Virus record (IMG/VR): IMGVR_UViG_3300010357_001332 | DNA: 64,000 nt | Source: a virus | Taxonomy: Duplodnaviria; Heunggongvirae; Uroviricota; Caudoviricetes | Strand: one strand, 5' to 3' | The notes under the pieces: model-generated | Told to the model about the DNA's origin: nothing | The model's database searches: none | Seen by the model: the letters and a program-made list of their open reading frames with translations, nothing else | Translations under genes and position numbers: made by a program | Shown here: positions 63,029 to 64,000 of the stretch, one piece after another | Position numbering within the stretch: the first letter of the stretch is position 1 | Layout: every line of letters starts with the position of its first letter

Positions 63029-63360
63029 TATGTTTTATCCTCCATTCTTCTATATAATTGTTTTGGTCCTTTATACAATCTCCAGAATAAAATAGCCTCA
63101 GATTTTACTGCCTGTTTTTCTGTTAATTTCTCATCTACTATTTTATCGTTATTACGATTAAAAAGCGTAGCCCATTTTTTATAATCTTTTTGATATAATA
63201 AATTTCTCGCAGCCCATGTAAAATCGAACCTATTACAATACTTATCTATAACTGTCCTTGTTAATAATACTTGTTCACCGAAAGCTTTTTTAAATCTATT
63301 TAATTCTACTTGACAAGCATTTAGATGATTAAGCTGATCATAAGTGATATATTTTTTCAT
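63028..63360 (-). CDS. Hypothetical protein
   Basis: 110 aa, GAGG RBS. Confidence 0.6.
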   Translation of the reverse strand: MKKYITYDQLNHLNACQVELNRFKKAFGEQVLLTRTVIDKYCNRFDFTWAARNLLYQKDYKKWATLFNRNNDKIVDEKLTEKQAVKSEAILFWRLYKGPKQLYRRMEDKT

Positions 63361-63394
63361 ATATTATCCTCTACAAAAATATTTTATATTTTTA

Positions 63395-63598
63395 CTACAT
63401 ACCTTCTCCTGCATAAGGTCTTTCACCACAGTTTCTGCATTTTCCATAAATAAATTTATAGCTATGATATCCATGTTTGCAATCTTTTATATCACAATCT
63501 GTATAAATATAAAGTTCTTTTCCAGTATTCGGATCATAACCAGATTGAATTTTTTGTTTCTCCTTTCCACATATTGAACAATATCTAGAATAGATCAT
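63395..63598 (-). CDS. Small zinc-ribbon protein
   Basis: CSIC...C..C.H...CRNC; GGAGG RBS. Confidence 0.6.
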   Translation of the reverse strand: MIYSRYCSICGKEKQKIQSGYDPNTGKELYIYTDCDIKDCKHGYHSYKFIYGKCRNCGERPYAGEGM

Positions 63599-63609
63599 TT
63601 CTATCCTCC

Positions 63610-63999
63610 TTAAAGATAATTAGAACAAAAATATTTTATTAATTTTTTGGTATGTCTATCAAATGCCAAAGGAATTATTTTATATGTATCATAATATTTT
63701 AGATAATGCAATCCCCAAGTCATATATATTAGATCATAATTGCTTAACCTTACCAAGTTAAGATCTATATGATCTATAAAAACAGCATGCAAATTGTTTT
63801 TATCACAATAGCATCTAAGTTTTTTAATATAGCTTTTGGAAAAGCTATTACCTATTTGTATATAAATTCTATATATGTTACTTAAATCTTTAAATTGTTT
63901 TAATTGTCTTAAAATAGCTTTTTTTGGATCTAAACCTCCACCATATAAATATACTTTTATAGGTTTAAAAGAAGATTTTGTATAACATCTAATTCCTAA
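63610..63999 (-). CDS. Partial ORF entering from the right edge (track 60-aa ORF is its C-terminus)
   Basis: Frame open from 63999: LGIRCYTKSSFKPIKVYLYGGG...NNLHAVFIDH... Confidence 0.55.
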   Translation of the reverse strand, partial: LGIRCYTKSSFKPIKVYLYGGGLDPKKAILRQLKQFKDLSNIYRIYIQIGNSFSKSYIKKLRCYCDKNNLHAVFIDHIDLNLVRLSNYDLIYMTWGLHYLKYYDTYKIIPLAFDRHTKKLIKYFCSNYL

Positions 64000-64000
64000 T

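Noticed and set aside
2443-63577. Short antisense or nested ORFs in the track (e.g. 2443, 4027, 6054, 7922, 9792, 21172, 27929, 48541, 55862, 58603, 61201, 63344)
   Set aside because: Shadow frames of well-supported genes, with no RBS or recognisable motifs; the nested 52409/52442 ORF is the exception
1-64000. Stop-codon reassignment, tRNAs or rRNAs
   Set aside because: Conserved genes are full length under code 11 and several end in TAG or TGA; no T-loop/cloverleaf patterns were seen by eye (tRNAscan not run)

Overview
The window is a 64-kb segment of a large, AT-rich tailed bacteriophage (jumbo-like, standard code 11, AGGAG/GAGG ribosome-binding sites) in three blocks. (1) 1-14.7 kb, minus strand: head genes (extended portal, probable prohead protease, probable internal head proteins), a solo TnpB-like RuvC nuclease, and a candidate origin (four 22-bp dyad iterons, an AT-rich tract and a wHTH initiator-like gene) at the strand switch. 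(2) 14.8-57.9 kb, plus strand: SbcCD, SSB, RuvC, a UDG-PolA fusion with an HNH intein, beta clamp, a complete 7-deazaguanine DNA-modification cluster (queD, PRTase, queE, queC, DUF366-like, folE, queF, dpdA), RecA, DnaC-like, DnaB, DnaG, tubulin/FtsZ-like, two sigma factors, an SF2 helicase with an intein, and terminase large subunit. (3) 58-64 kb, minus strand: accessory genes. The top candidate novel system is at 57982-60622. A stand-alone Cas7/RAMP-fold gene sits among five intergenic arrays of strict 5-nt period (mostly GTT + variable NN on the transcribed strand), with no cas1/cas2 or canonical CRISPR array in the window. It resembles VIPR-type RNA-guided systems (recalled from memory, not verified here) but uses GTT rather than GGY. 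Read as gapped codons, the NN series of one array spells a nucleoside-deoxyribosyltransferase-like motif (SSGT[HQ][FL][DE][FL]G[IM]A[FL]). The second highlight is a helicase intein carrying a DUF559/Vsr-like endonuclease gene fully nested in the +1 frame. All protein assignments come from motif recognition by eye; no database searches were run.
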